Origin: Neophaeotheca triangularis
Taxonomy: Eukaryota
NCBI GenBank assembly: GCA_054600435.1
Contig: BAAIJX010000056.1
Location: forward strand, 1 to 64,000
Direction of reading: 5' to 3'
Length of the DNA stretch: 64,000 bases
Positions 35,225 through 46,127 of this stretch are shown piece after piece (the first letter of the stretch is position 1; each line of letters opens with the position of its first letter). The position numbers were made by a program, and so were the translations under genes. The notes below the pieces were generated by a model. That model was not told the origin of the DNA and did no database searches. It saw nothing but the letters and a program-made list of their open reading frames with translations.

Positions 35225-36051
35225 CAGACTTGTCACCAATTAATTCAAGTCAATTTGGTAGGTGAATTGACGTTGAATTAGTGCCAAGACTGGGGGGGGG
35301 GGGGGGGTGAATTGATATTGAATTGACCTACTAATGATATAGGTGAATTGAGATTGACTTGCAAGGCTTAACAGTACTGCACTTACCGCATTAGGAAGGA
35401 GGTTGTGCTAAGCATACTACTCAGATTGCTATACCATAAGCTCACTAAATCACCTTATGCTCCTAGGTGACCTCCCTACTAGCCTATTGCTGCTCCCTAC
35501 TCTTGATTACTGCTTTCTCTCTTCCCTCCTCTTTTTAGTGACGCATTAAAAGGGAGCTATTAGCTCGTAAGTGTGCATAGCTCTTGAACAGTGGGAGGTG
35601 GTCTCTATAGTAGGAGGGGCACCTAGTTAGTAGAGGTAGTAGTAGGGTGCAGCAGTGCATGCCATGGTGGCTCTGTCGGTCACGGAGGTGCTATCGTGGC
35701 TCTGTCGGTCGTAGAGGTGCCATAGTGGCTCCGAAAGTATGAGACGAACGGAAGTAAGACAAAAACCGCAGAAGGTCAACCTAGCGGATCTCCGGCGGAT
35801 CTTCTGGCTAATAGGAAGCCTAAGATAAGCATAGATAAGCTCTAGGGTCAGAGTTTGGATTATAGATGAGCAACATTCACCTATAAACATACCTAGTTAG
35901 CTCACCTATCAAGCCTTGTAAGTCAATCCAGACCTTGAATTAGCCTTGGTAGGTCTTATGGTATAGGTGAATTGACATTGAATTGGTGCCAAGATCAAGA
36001 CAATTCACCTCGTGAATTGAAATTGAGATGGATTGGTTGGTGACAAGTCTG
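35225..36051. mobile_element. non-autonomous hAT-like DNA transposon (827 bp) with RIP-like mutations
   Basis: perfect 15-bp TIR CAGACTTGTCACCAA/TTGGTGACAAGTCTG; 8-bp TSD CTAACGAT (35217-24) vs CTAAAGAT (36052-59); subterminal GGTGAATTGA repeats; TpA-rich interior. Confidence 0.88.
35661..35731 (+). repeat. 29-bp tandem repeat x2.4 inside the element
   Basis: GCCATGGTGGCTCTGTCGGTCACGGAGGT / GCTATCGTGGCTCTGTCGGTCGTAGAGGT / GCCATAGTGGCTC. Confidence 0.85.
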
Positions 36052-36186
36052 CTAAAGATATGAATAAAGCGAGCACTTCAGCGTGAAAGTGTCCCATCGA
36101 GCCTGAAAAAGAGCAAGAGTCGTATTGCAAGCTCTGAGTCCCTCAAGAATTTCGCATCAATTCGTCAAAGTACCTACTTACCCACT

Positions 36187-37389
36187 CTACCAGCATAAAA
36201 TCGGCTTAATCGTTTCCCCCGTGTGCATCTCCTGCAAAGCCCTCTCAAACTCAGCAGCAGGCATCAACTTCATCATCTTATCCAGCGGGAATTTGCCCTC
36301 GCGATACCACGCAATGAGCTTAGGGAGGAATTCCGGCGGGTAAGCCTGCCCCTCGACGGCACCTATAAACTGCAGTCCCCTGACCATGAAAGAAAAGACG
36401 GAAACCTCAAGGTTGAAATCAAAAGGCGCTGAACCGACTTGTACGTACTTGCCGCGATTGCGGGTGAACTCTGTCCCGGCTTTGATCAATGGCGGCGCGC
36501 CCGTGGTGTCGACTGTGATGTTGGGCCCTAGACCCGAAGTCAGATCCTTGACGACGGTGATCAGGTCTTTGCCGTCGGGGAGGTTGGAGCCGTCGAGGAC
36601 GTCGGTGCAGCCGAGCTCCTGAGCCATTTTCAGGCGCGAGGCGACGCGGTCGATGCCGATGATTTTCTTGCAGCCGGCGATTTTGGCGCCCATGACTGCG
36701 CTCAGACCTACGCCGCCGAGACCCATGATGACGATTGTGTCTTCGGGGCCTGGTTCGGCGGTGTTGAGAACGGAGCCAGAGCCTGTCATGATGCCACAGC
36801 CGAGGGGGGAGAAGAGCTTGAGTTCGTCTTCTGATTTGATCAGGTCTTTGGCGTTGACGACGGAGCATTGCTTAACAATGCTGGTGCTGGCAAAGGACGA
36901 CTGCCCGAAAAAGGCACCGCCGATGCTCTGTTCGCCGTCCTTCCATGATTGACAGCCGAAAATCTTGTGGGGGCCGCCAAAGTTGATACCGTTGAAGTCG
37001 ACGCAATGGGAGCGGTGGCCGCGTTTGCAAACCTCGCAAGTGTCGCAGAAGCCGTAGGAGAGGAGTACCGGGTCACCTTTTGCGGCGACTGTGACGCCTG
37101 GACCTACTTCTTTGACGTAGCCAGAGCCTGCAATCGTCAGTCAATTTAGCCCGTCAATAAAATTGGGAGCATTCTTACCCTCATGCCCCAAAACTCGCGG
37201 GTAGAACGCAATAGGAGCTGCTCCGTCAGGAATGCCACCAATCAGAGCATCAGTATGGCAGACACCACTCGCAATCATCTGAACAAGCAACTCTCCCTCC
37301 CCGGGCGCTCTCACAGTTACATCCTCCATCTTCCACCCACCGCTAGCGTGCGTATCATGACAGACGATAGCTCTGCCGTTGGAAGACAT
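36187..37389 (-). CDS. Zn-dependent (aryl-)alcohol dehydrogenase, MDR family
   Basis: GVCHTD, GHEG, CxxCxxC..C, FFGQSSFA, LGCGIMTG, GLGGVG; intron 37128-37178. Confidence 0.92.
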
Positions 37390-38065
37390 GTTGACAGAGT
37401 CGCTCTTCTTTTCCAGGTCTTCCCAAACTCGACGAAGAGATAGTGGAATATTGTTGGAAGCTCTGGCCGCCATGAAGGAAGACGTGAAGTAGAGAGGCGA
37501 GTCAAATTATACTTCTGAACTAGCCTGTTTGCTTACCGAGGGTAACGTGAATGACTCGCTTTACCTAGAGCGTTTGTAGAATAATAACGTTTCGGCCGTG
37601 TTATGACCGTCGGCATACGAGCACGGTCGAGTTGTGGTGCTGTTAGAGATAATGAGGTTGTCGACAATATCCCCTGAATCGGACTTACGGTTTCCACTTG
37701 AAACCATTTCGAAAGACCCCGTTCGAGATTAATGATAACAACAACTTAAATACCGGAGTGGAGTCGCCCAGGAACGAGAGGAGAAGAGACGGGAGGAGGT
37801 GGGGTTGAGGTTTATCTGGCCCCCAAATGCACGTGCAAAGATCAGGTAAGTAGGTATAATAATGGAGATGATCTTGTGGGGAAGTCCAGGAGTCGGGTTT
37901 GGGCAAACAAGTCATTGCCGTGTATCCGTGGCGCCAATTGCGATGTCGCTGCTCACCACGTCGATCTCAGCATTCCAGGTCGTGTCGGCATCTTCGAAAC
38001 CATGACTTGGAGAACATCCAGGCGCACCTTCTCCAAGATGGCCAAAGTCGATCCAGCAGGGCGTG

Positions 38066-39457
38066 ATGAAGTCTGATTCCAACGATCGTCCAACTCATCG
38101 ACCACGGAAGAGGAAGAACTCGATGGAGTCAAAGAAAGATGAAAGCGAGGAAATAACGCCCCCAACCGTCAAGGTCGATGGAACTACTCCCAAATCAACA
38201 CCCGAGCCAACTTCACCCAACCAACCCGCGATGAACGAACGCGAGAAACCGCCTACAACATCCCAAAACAAAACCTCGGCCAAACCAAAATCAACCCCCC
38301 AAAAACTCCTCCACCTCCTCCAAACCCACTGGTTCCTCCTCGCCCTCAGCCTTCTAATCCTCCTCGCCTCCCAAGTCCAAGTCCCACCAGCCCAGCAAAA
38401 CCTCAAAAAAACCCTCACGACCTACATCTGCGTGACACTAATCTTCCTCCTAACGGGCTGCACCCTCGACACACACACTTTGATCCTCAACGCCGCGCGC
38501 TGGCGCCTCCACCTCTTCGTGCAAGTGCAATGCTTCCTCCTCACCTCGGCAATAACCTTCGGCGTCGCGGCAGCGGCAGGAACTAACAGAAACTTCATGG
38601 ACCCCGGTTTGCTGGTCGGTTTGGTCTTTATGGGGACCGTGGCGACGACGATTAGCTCGAATGTGGTTATGACGAGGCAGGCAAAGGGCAATACGGCGTT
38701 GACGGTGGTGCAGACGACTCTGGGGAACTTTCTCGGCGTTTTCCTGACGCCTGCGCTGGTTGTCATGTACCTTTCGGCGCCCGGGTTGTGGTGGACGGAG
38801 GTGTTGCCGAGTACGGGGGCGGGGGAGTGGGAGGGGATTTACAGGCGCGTGCTGTTTCAGCTAGGGCTGACGATTTATGTGCCCTTGTTTGTGGGACAGG
38901 TGCTGCGCTGGCTGGCGCCCGGGATGGTCAAGAGGGTATGTGTGGATTGGAAAGTGGGAAAATTGGGTTCGGTGGCGTTGTTGGTGGTGTTGTGGCAGAC
39001 GTACGATCAAGCCTTTGCTGTGGGGGCTTTTGAGGCCGTGCCGGGGGATAATATGGTGTTTGTGGTTTTTATGAGCATGGGACTGTTTGTGGTGTTTTTT
39101 GGAGTTGGGTTGGGGTTGTCGTTGTTGTGGTTGCCTAGAAGGGATGTCGTGGCTGTTTGTTATTGCGTGCCGGCCAAGGGGATAGCAATGGCGGTGCCAA
39201 TTTCGCAGGGTACTTTTGGAGGGGTTAGTACAGAGCTGGAGAGTAAGATTCAGATTCCTATTGTTGTTTATCAGGGGTTGCAGTTAGTGGCTGGGGCGCT
39301 GTTGGTGCCGTTGTTTAAGAAATGGATCGAAAAGGAGGAAAAGAGGCTTGCAGAGGAGAACCGGGGAGAGGAAGAGATTGAGGTCCTTCGACCGGCATCT
39401 GGAGACCAACCTTCTACGGAAGAGCAAGTCAACGCAAATAGCAAAGAGTGCGCATAA
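38066..39457 (+). CDS. RCH1: SBF-like/SLC10A7 transporter (Rch1-like)
   Basis: multi-TM protein; TTISSNVVMTRQAKGN, GNFLGVFLTP, CVPAK and QIPIVVYQGLQ motifs. Confidence 0.8.
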   Translation: MKSDSNDRPTHRPRKRKNSMESKKDESEEITPPTVKVDGTTPKSTPEPTSPNQPAMNEREKPPTTSQNKTSAKPKSTPQKLLHLLQTHWFLLALSLLILLASQVQVPPAQQNLKKTLTTYICVTLIFLLTGCTLDTHTLILNAARWRLHLFVQVQCFLLTSAITFGVAAAAGTNRNFMDPGLLVGLVFMGTVATTISSNVVMTRQAKGNTALTVVQTTLGNFLGVFLTPALVVMYLSAPGLWWTEVLPSTGAGEWEGIYRRVLFQLGLTIYVPLFVGQVLRWLAPGMVKRVCVDWKVGKLGSVALLVVLWQTYDQAFAVGAFEAVPGDNMVFVVFMSMGLFVVFFGVGLGLSLLWLPRRDVVAVCYCVPAKGIAMAVPISQGTFGGVSTELESKIQIPIVVYQGLQLVAGALLVPLFKKWIEKEEKRLAEENRGEEEIEVLRPASGDQPSTEEQVNANSKECA

Positions 39458-39508
39458 GCAAGTTTCATCATTCCATTTCTCCGTACTCGTAACCGTCTAG
39501 TATGTCGT

Positions 39509-41566
39509 CTACTCGCTATTGAGCTTCCCGACAGCCTTCGTCACAGCCGCAACTGTCTCATCAAGCAGTGCCAATTCCGCATTGACGCTTTCATCCTTTG
39601 CATCCTCTAGCTCTCTCCCTGGTGCTGTTTCCTGCTGAAACCTCACACTACACTCCCTCAACGGCTGCAAAAAGCTTCCAGCGACGTCATTGTTGGTCCA
39701 AAGATCACTGATACCCAATGGTTGATGCAGGTGCTTGGCCGAAAGTAGCAGGTAGATGAAGTTCAGGCTTGCCAAATAGAAAGAAAAGTTGCTGCGAAAT
39801 GTCATCCAGGCTTCCTGCACTGGCGCAGTGACCAGATCGGCTTGAAGGGAAGGGAAGAGGAAAGGTGCAAGGCTGTCTAGGGCGTGTGACGTGGCAAAGA
39901 CTGATCTTTCCTCTCCTTGCTCTGATGTGGTATGCGAATGGCCGGGAAGTGGCGTTGGAGGGTTGGCTTCGATAGTCTCACCCTTGATCCAGCCGACTGC
40001 GCTTGTCTTCAAGTTCTCAAACGGACAATGCTCCAGGGTGTCACGAATAAAGGACAGACGCACCCTCTCATCGGGCTGCGAGCGTAGAACAGTGCTAGTG
40101 AGGTAGTGAGCGTGGCCTCTCAGGTTTGGACTCGGGCAATTGGATGATAGAAGCGCGACGACCTGCAAATACTCCATGAACTCTTCGTCAGAAGAAGGTT
40201 CGCCCACGGCGTCATTCTCGACACACAGCAAGCCTAGAGCGAGAATGGCATCAATGAGCGCCTGCGGCTCAGTACCCAGCGTTCCTTGACCTTTTTCTGG
40301 CGAGGACATGCATTGCTTGAATAGATTCTTGTGCCGAGGAAAGATGGCAAAGTCTTGCATAGCAGGCGCAGGCTGATCGTAAAGGACCAGCGAAGCCTGC
40401 CTGGCCACATATAGCAAAAGCGAGCCGATACGAGATAGCGGAACGTCGTCGGCAGATGTCGGTGGCTCCTCCTCGTCGATCCCTTCCAGCCCTGCCTTCT
40501 CCTTTGCCACCGTAGCTTGCAGAAGGGTCTCATCCTTGAGCTTCATGTCTCTGGCCAACGTGACCAGCTGACCAAGCGCGTCAATGCGTCTCGAAAGTGC
40601 CCTTTCCTTGGCAAACCGTTCATTCAATGGCATCTTGTCGCTCCTCCAAGGATGCCGTTCGGGGTGCATCTTCTCCATCAATCGACTTGCCCACGCCATG
40701 CCAGGTACGTCATCCTCCGTGGGCTGTTCCAGCAAGTACTCCTCGATGATGTGTGTGATGAATGACTGCAGAAGCTTCGTCTGAATTGCAAGCTCTTCGG
40801 GCGAAGTATCGACAGCCGCAGCAGCTTCAGGATCCGAGGCAGACTGTGCACCTGCACCTTTGAATGAATTGAGCATACCACTGCTTTTCCTGGATGGTAG
40901 AGTGGGCCTTTGGATCCCGCTCATTGACTTGACTAGCTTCGCGATCGCCACAACCATTTCCTCTCTATGGCTCAGGGCGGCAGAAAAGGAGGCGAGAATG
41001 GCCTGGAGAGTAGTTGAAAGAAAGCGCGAGGGGTACTTTGTTTTGATCCTGGGCTGAAGTATAGCCAGCATAGAAAGCAAAGCGAGGAATTGATTGACTG
41101 GCAAGGGCGCAGGCGGTGGAACTTCAGCAGCCTGTGTGGACGAGGAGCCGGGCAGCGGAACGCCACCCTCGTCGATTGAAGCAGTTCTCGTGGGACGTCT
41201 TGGAGGGGAACTCCCAAATCCATCTCCCTGTGCGCCTGCAGCTGCATCCTGCGCCTCATCGAGCTGCTCTCCCTCTAAACCCTCATAATCAATAAGTCGT
41301 AGGCTTTCCGTGACTTTGAGAATGACTTCACGGGGATTACCAAGTCGAGCAATATCTAGCAGGCATTCTTCCGAAGCTGGCAAAAGCGGCACCAGAAGAT
41401 GTACTAGGTCCCAGCCAATGTTAGTGGTCAGTTTCTCATCTTGCAGCACTTTGTGGAGAATTGGCAGGCTCTCTTCGTTGAGGTTGTATTCCACAATGGT
41501 CAGGTAGGTGAGGTAGTCGCTGGCCGGTGGCAAGGCCTGAATCAGGGGGCTCTCTTCGTCGGCCAT
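39509..41566 (-). CDS. YBP1: YAP-binding/ALF4/glomulin family protein (Ybp1-like)
   Basis: DYLTYLTI, LTTNIGWDLV, IARLGNPRE, RIKTKYPSRFLST, CPFENLK motifs. Confidence 0.75.
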   Translation of the reverse strand: MADEESPLIQALPPASDYLTYLTIVEYNLNEESLPILHKVLQDEKLTTNIGWDLVHLLVPLLPASEECLLDIARLGNPREVILKVTESLRLIDYEGLEGEQLDEAQDAAAGAQGDGFGSSPPRRPTRTASIDEGGVPLPGSSSTQAAEVPPPAPLPVNQFLALLSMLAILQPRIKTKYPSRFLSTTLQAILASFSAALSHREEMVVAIAKLVKSMSGIQRPTLPSRKSSGMLNSFKGAGAQSASDPEAAAAVDTSPEELAIQTKLLQSFITHIIEEYLLEQPTEDDVPGMAWASRLMEKMHPERHPWRSDKMPLNERFAKERALSRRIDALGQLVTLARDMKLKDETLLQATVAKEKAGLEGIDEEEPPTSADDVPLSRIGSLLLYVARQASLVLYDQPAPAMQDFAIFPRHKNLFKQCMSSPEKGQGTLGTEPQALIDAILALGLLCVENDAVGEPSSDEEFMEYLQVVALLSSNCPSPNLRGHAHYLTSTVLRSQPDERVRLSFIRDTLEHCPFENLKTSAVGWIKGETIEANPPTPLPGHSHTTSEQGEERSVFATSHALDSLAPFLFPSLQADLVTAPVQEAWMTFRSNFSFYLASLNFIYLLLSAKHLHQPLGISDLWTNNDVAGSFLQPLRECSVRFQQETAPGRELEDAKDESVNAELALLDETVAAVTKAVGKLNSE

Positions 41567-42004
41567 GGCTTTGTGGTAGTGGTACCTCAGGCTGCAGTGT
41601 GATCAAGCGCGTTTGTTAAGACTCGTAGATGGCTTGAGATATTGCAGGAACCGGTTTTGGCGCCTTTGCTTTAGGTAATGGAAGTGAATTAGTTATTCAA
41701 GCCTAAAGTCTCATAAAGGCGACGTTCTCGCTGCTTTGTGAACAGTTGTGAGTTGTGAGTTGTTCGAGGCAGTGTTAATGCAAAGGTGTTGATGTGTAGT
41801 TGGGAAAGGTGTAGGTAGAGTGACAAGTTGTGGTCTAGGCCAACTTGGAACCTTGCTTGAGCCCTCCAATTGTGCATGTGAAACAGGGTCCGAGCTCGAA
41901 AATAATGCCTTCAACATTAGGTATTCGTTACTCCCTGATTAAAAAGTGTTTCTACACTCACACAGTTTTCAGGAAATAGAAACAACACCCAACGTCCCGC
42001 CAAC

Positions 42005-43294
42005 ATGGCCAGATCAAAGACGAAGCCCTCTAAGCACCTAACCACCGCCTACGCCGCCTCCCAGCCCCTCTTCTCCGCCGTTCGCCGAACCTTGGAGAAC
42101 CTCTCACACCAAGAAACAGCCCTCCAAACCGCCAAAACACTCATCCAGAAACTACATGTGGGGATCAAGGATGTCAACAACTCGGCCGAATTGCGTGAGC
42201 ACGAACGCTACATGGATTGCTGCGTGCAAGCTTTCAAAATGGTTACGGAGAGTTACCAAGAAGTCTTTGTGGAGTTGGCCAGGATTACCGGGCCGGATGA
42301 GGGCACAGGGAAAGGCAAGGATGAGGGATTTGAAGCCTTTGAGGCTATGAGGGATGCTGCGCAGGCTTCGAGGGGGGCAGCGGCACGGTGGGGAAGAAAA
42401 GGGAAAGGGAACGTGGAGGTGCAGGGAGAGGTCAAAGGGACTGGGAAGGCCGCTCGGGATGGGCACAAGGCGGAGGAGTCTTCTGACGTTTCTGAGTCGG
42501 GGATGGAGGGCGATGGAAAGGTTGAAGGGAGGAACGCTTTCAATAAGCGCCCTGCCGAGACTGAGGTTGCCCAAGCCGGCACTCCCCCACAAAAGGTCCA
42601 GAGGCTTGCCGGGAACAAAAAGTTCGGAGATAACGGTACATTATTGTGCGATGAGGGTGCGGAAAAACCTGCTGTGCCGTTCGCTTCGCTGGGGTCCAAT
42701 GAAAAGAAGGAGCCGAGAAGTAGAAGGATGCGACGAAAGCAAGATCAGACGCGCGAGGCGCAACAGCAGGCAGAGGTGCGATCTAAGTCTGCAAAAGGGG
42801 AGGAGCAGATACCGGATCGTCGCAGGTCTTCTCCGGACGCATCCATGGGAGATGCGAGCAAGCCTGTCTTCAAGAGGAACAACATCAGTACGAATGGCAG
42901 CCATGATACGGAACCAATGGACGCCGAACCCACCAATGCCGCAAATATTGAGTACGAGAACGTGGACTCGGAGGTTGAAAGGAGGCTTAAAGCCAAGGAG
43001 CAGAAGATGAAGACAGATGAGGCACACTTGAAGGCGAAGAAGGCCGAGAAAAAGCGCAAGAGGGACAGCGCAGGGTCAAACATTGGAGTCGAGGAGGGCG
43101 CATTTGGTCGTTTTGCTGCGGTGGAGAAGCCGAAGAGGAAAAGGTCGAGGATTGACAGAGACGCTACTTTGGACGCTCAGAAGCCTTCCACTCAAGGCCA
43201 GCAAGACAAGGAGCGGAAGAAGCGACCCAAGGAAGTTGAATTCGAGGCTGTGGATGGAGAGATGCGCCAGATGAAAAGGAAGAAGAGTAGGTAG
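42005..43294 (+). CDS. hypothetical Lys/Arg/Glu-rich protein, probably nuclear
   Basis: 429-aa ORF, AACATGG context, several basic NLS-like clusters. Confidence 0.7.
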   Translation: MARSKTKPSKHLTTAYAASQPLFSAVRRTLENLSHQETALQTAKTLIQKLHVGIKDVNNSAELREHERYMDCCVQAFKMVTESYQEVFVELARITGPDEGTGKGKDEGFEAFEAMRDAAQASRGAAARWGRKGKGNVEVQGEVKGTGKAARDGHKAEESSDVSESGMEGDGKVEGRNAFNKRPAETEVAQAGTPPQKVQRLAGNKKFGDNGTLLCDEGAEKPAVPFASLGSNEKKEPRSRRMRRKQDQTREAQQQAEVRSKSAKGEEQIPDRRRSSPDASMGDASKPVFKRNNISTNGSHDTEPMDAEPTNAANIEYENVDSEVERRLKAKEQKMKTDEAHLKAKKAEKKRKRDSAGSNIGVEEGAFGRFAAVEKPKRKRSRIDRDATLDAQKPSTQGQQDKERKKRPKEVEFEAVDGEMRQMKRKKSR

Positions 43295-43868
43295 ATGTTG
43301 GACCATGGCAGTGGAGGCGTGCTTTATTGCTATGCGTACGAGCGATGTGAGCGTTTGCGTAAAGTTGGACACTCAAGTTGTGAAACTAGCGGTGCATCTT
43401 GAGACGCACTCCCAAACGCGAAGGCCAGAGAAGAAGGTTTTTAGCGGGATGTTTTTACAGTTATAACATAGTGCATGACAACGAGAATTGATACCGGGCT
43501 GTCGAGGCTGTCAACAGACGATCAATCGACTAAATCTGAAACTCGGATCGATCACCGGCAGACAGCGGACGGACTTTGGACTTTACACTACATCCGCTCC
43601 TGGTGACATCACGACATTCCAACTCGAGCTACCTCCCATGGACATCATACACGCACTCGAGGCGTTTATGTATGCTGTCACTGTTACGATATATGTCAGC
43701 GTTGTTCCCATGATGTTCACAGGTAGTACTTTTAGTTTCCCTCTCTCCCACAACTAGCCCAGCTACCTGACTGATATACACCTCATCAACCGACGAACCC
43801 ATCGTAACCGAACCTGAACGGACACCACCAAACAACACTTGCCCAATTCCCTATTATATACCGCCAAT

Positions 43869-44757
43869 ATGGGCATCTCCTACTCCACCGCGCGCTACAT
43901 TGCCCCAGCCTCCTTCCTCTACGACTTCGCTGCCCAACAGTATGGCCTCAACTCGACTCCAAACATGCAGACCATCCATGACCGCAACCTCTCTTTCTGG
44001 TCGCCCCAGCCTTACTTTATTGGCGGCTTCTTCTTTCCCCAACAATTCTTTCAACTCGCCTGGCTCTGGAAGCTCTGGCGCCTAGACACAACCGTCCCGT
44101 CCCAAAAGCGCGAACTCGACCAAATCGTCCGCTATGTCCCCTTCTACGTGCTGGGCAACGTGTGCATCGGGACTTGGATGTTCTTCTGGAACAGTGAGCA
44201 GCTCAAGATCTCCAACATCTTTGTCGTCATCAATAGCACTGCGCAGCTGTATTACGTACTCACGCAGCTGGAGCCCATGGATACGAAGAGCTGGCCGAGC
44301 ATTCTGAACCACGTTGTTGCAAAGACGTTTGCGGGTATTGGTGTTTTGGACTTTTTGCACAATTTGAGTGTTGCCTACTACAAGGATGTCACGCCCGGGG
44401 TGGCTGTTAAGGCCTTGACGGGGTTGGGTTTCGCCGGGCTTGCCGGGTTGAGTGACTGGATACTGGGAGGATGCTTGGTTTACGACCTGATCGGTCTGGC
44501 TGTTGGACAGAGTCAGTATGGAAACCAGGCTTGGAGTCAGATGCTGGGAGGCTTTGCCGTGGGGACTGCGGCGATTGTTGGTTTAAGGAACTATTTTCTG
44601 TAGGTTTTTCGCCTGTAACAGGAGTGGCTGTGGGTACGGTTGCTCTGGGTTAGTTGTTGAGGCGATTCGCTGACTGCTTTGCTTTTGCAGGCCGCCGTAT
44701 GTCAAGGGGCAAGACTACAAACCTGCGGCACAAGAGGAGGCTGATGATAGGGCATGA
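43869..44757 (+). CDS. hypothetical multi-pass membrane protein
   Basis: several hydrophobic helices; intron 44600-44690 adds the final exon LPPYVKGQDY...DDRA*. Confidence 0.8.
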
Positions 44758-45130
44758 GAGGTGGGAGAATTCTTGGACCAATTGTGTGTTTACAACTATG
44801 TACTTTTACTAATGTCTGATCCTGACTCTCACGTCATCACCTAAGCCTCAGACAATTAACAACGCTGTACGCTTTCCATCTTCTCCTATCCATGGATCCC
44901 TCACGTTCACCACGTTCATCAGGTACGAAATACCCTAATTCGGCTAGCATGCACGTGCTGTGATCAACTCTAAATCGACGTCACAGGGCACAGCAATTCA
45001 GCCGAACTTCGTCCGTTGGAACGTCTGGCCAGCTGGCGGGCATTGGCTTTGTAGCTGTCTGGTCACTTTCGACCTTTTGAACCTCTCCCACACCACCATC
45101 TCAAGCCATTGGTACAGCTGAACCTCCACA

Positions 45131-46127
45131 ATGGTCTCTCTCAAGCTCACCACGCTCGCCCTTGCGGCTATGCGTGCTTGCAATACCCTCGCGCAGGGAT
45201 ATCCCGAGGGCGTCTCGGTACGCAAGCAACGCAGACCCTATCACGTCCAAAGAGCTCTTACTAACGAATCGCGACCCTCTCACAGATCGAAGACCAAGTC
45301 GAGCTCGAAGACTCCACGGAAGACCCTTCGCAGCAGCAGACTCCGAACCTAGCTGTTACGATCAGCGCGTCCTTTCCCCAGGCAGAGGTGTTTGGCGTGA
45401 AGCTCGTCAACGGCCGCGCAACGCAAGCCGTCCTCGACATCTCCAACGAAGAGCCCGAACCTATTATCGTCGCCCTTGTAGGCGGTAGCCTCTGGACTCC
45501 AACAGACAAGCCTGGCGCTCCTGAGCAATCAGTCAACATCCGCAACCTGACCACCCAGCGCTACGGCGTACAAGTGCCCCCAGGCGAGAAGGAAACCCTC
45601 ACATATGCCTTCGCGACGGAGATGCACCCGCAAGACCTGCGTTTGAATATCGCCGCCGTCTTGCAGAGCAGCTCGCAGCAGTTCTTCACCAAACTTGTCT
45701 ACAACGAGACCGTCAGCATTGTCGAGGCACCCACGAGCTTCTTTGACCCGCAAATGTACGTTCCTCCCCGGCTTCTTAACTACCAAATCCGTAACCGACT
45801 AACACATTACTTCTCAGCATCTTCCTCTACCTCTTCCTCCTCGGCGCCTTTGGCGGCACCGCCTACTTCATCTACAGCACCTGGATTACCACCCTGTTCC
45901 CGCAGAAGCGCCGCGGCGGCAAGGGCGGCGAGCGTGCCAAGCGTTCTTCCGGCCAAACCAAGAAGGTCGACCCGGCTGACCAGGTCTCGGTTATTGGAGC
46001 TGACGGCCCAGCCGTCACGAGCGGCGCAAAGGCTTACGATGAGTCTTGGATCCCGGCTGAGCATTTGAACCGTCCTCAGGCTAAGAGGGTCGGTAGCGGG
46101 AGGCCGAAGAGCAGGGCTAACCCGTAG
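45131..46127 (+). CDS. IRC22: translocon-associated protein alpha (TRAP-alpha/Irc22)
   Basis: signal peptide, FGVKLVNG, NIRNLT, FFDPQIIFLYLFL TM, YDESWIP; introns 45218-45285 and 45756-45817. Confidence 0.88.

Noticed and set aside
35661..35731. 29-bp repeats as a CRISPR-like array
   Set aside because: Head-to-tail with no spacers, in eukaryotic DNA, inside a transposon.
32000..37500. Starship or other giant mobile element next to the tRNA
   Set aside because: No tyrosine-recombinase captain gene or boundary repeats seen; only the small hAT-like element.
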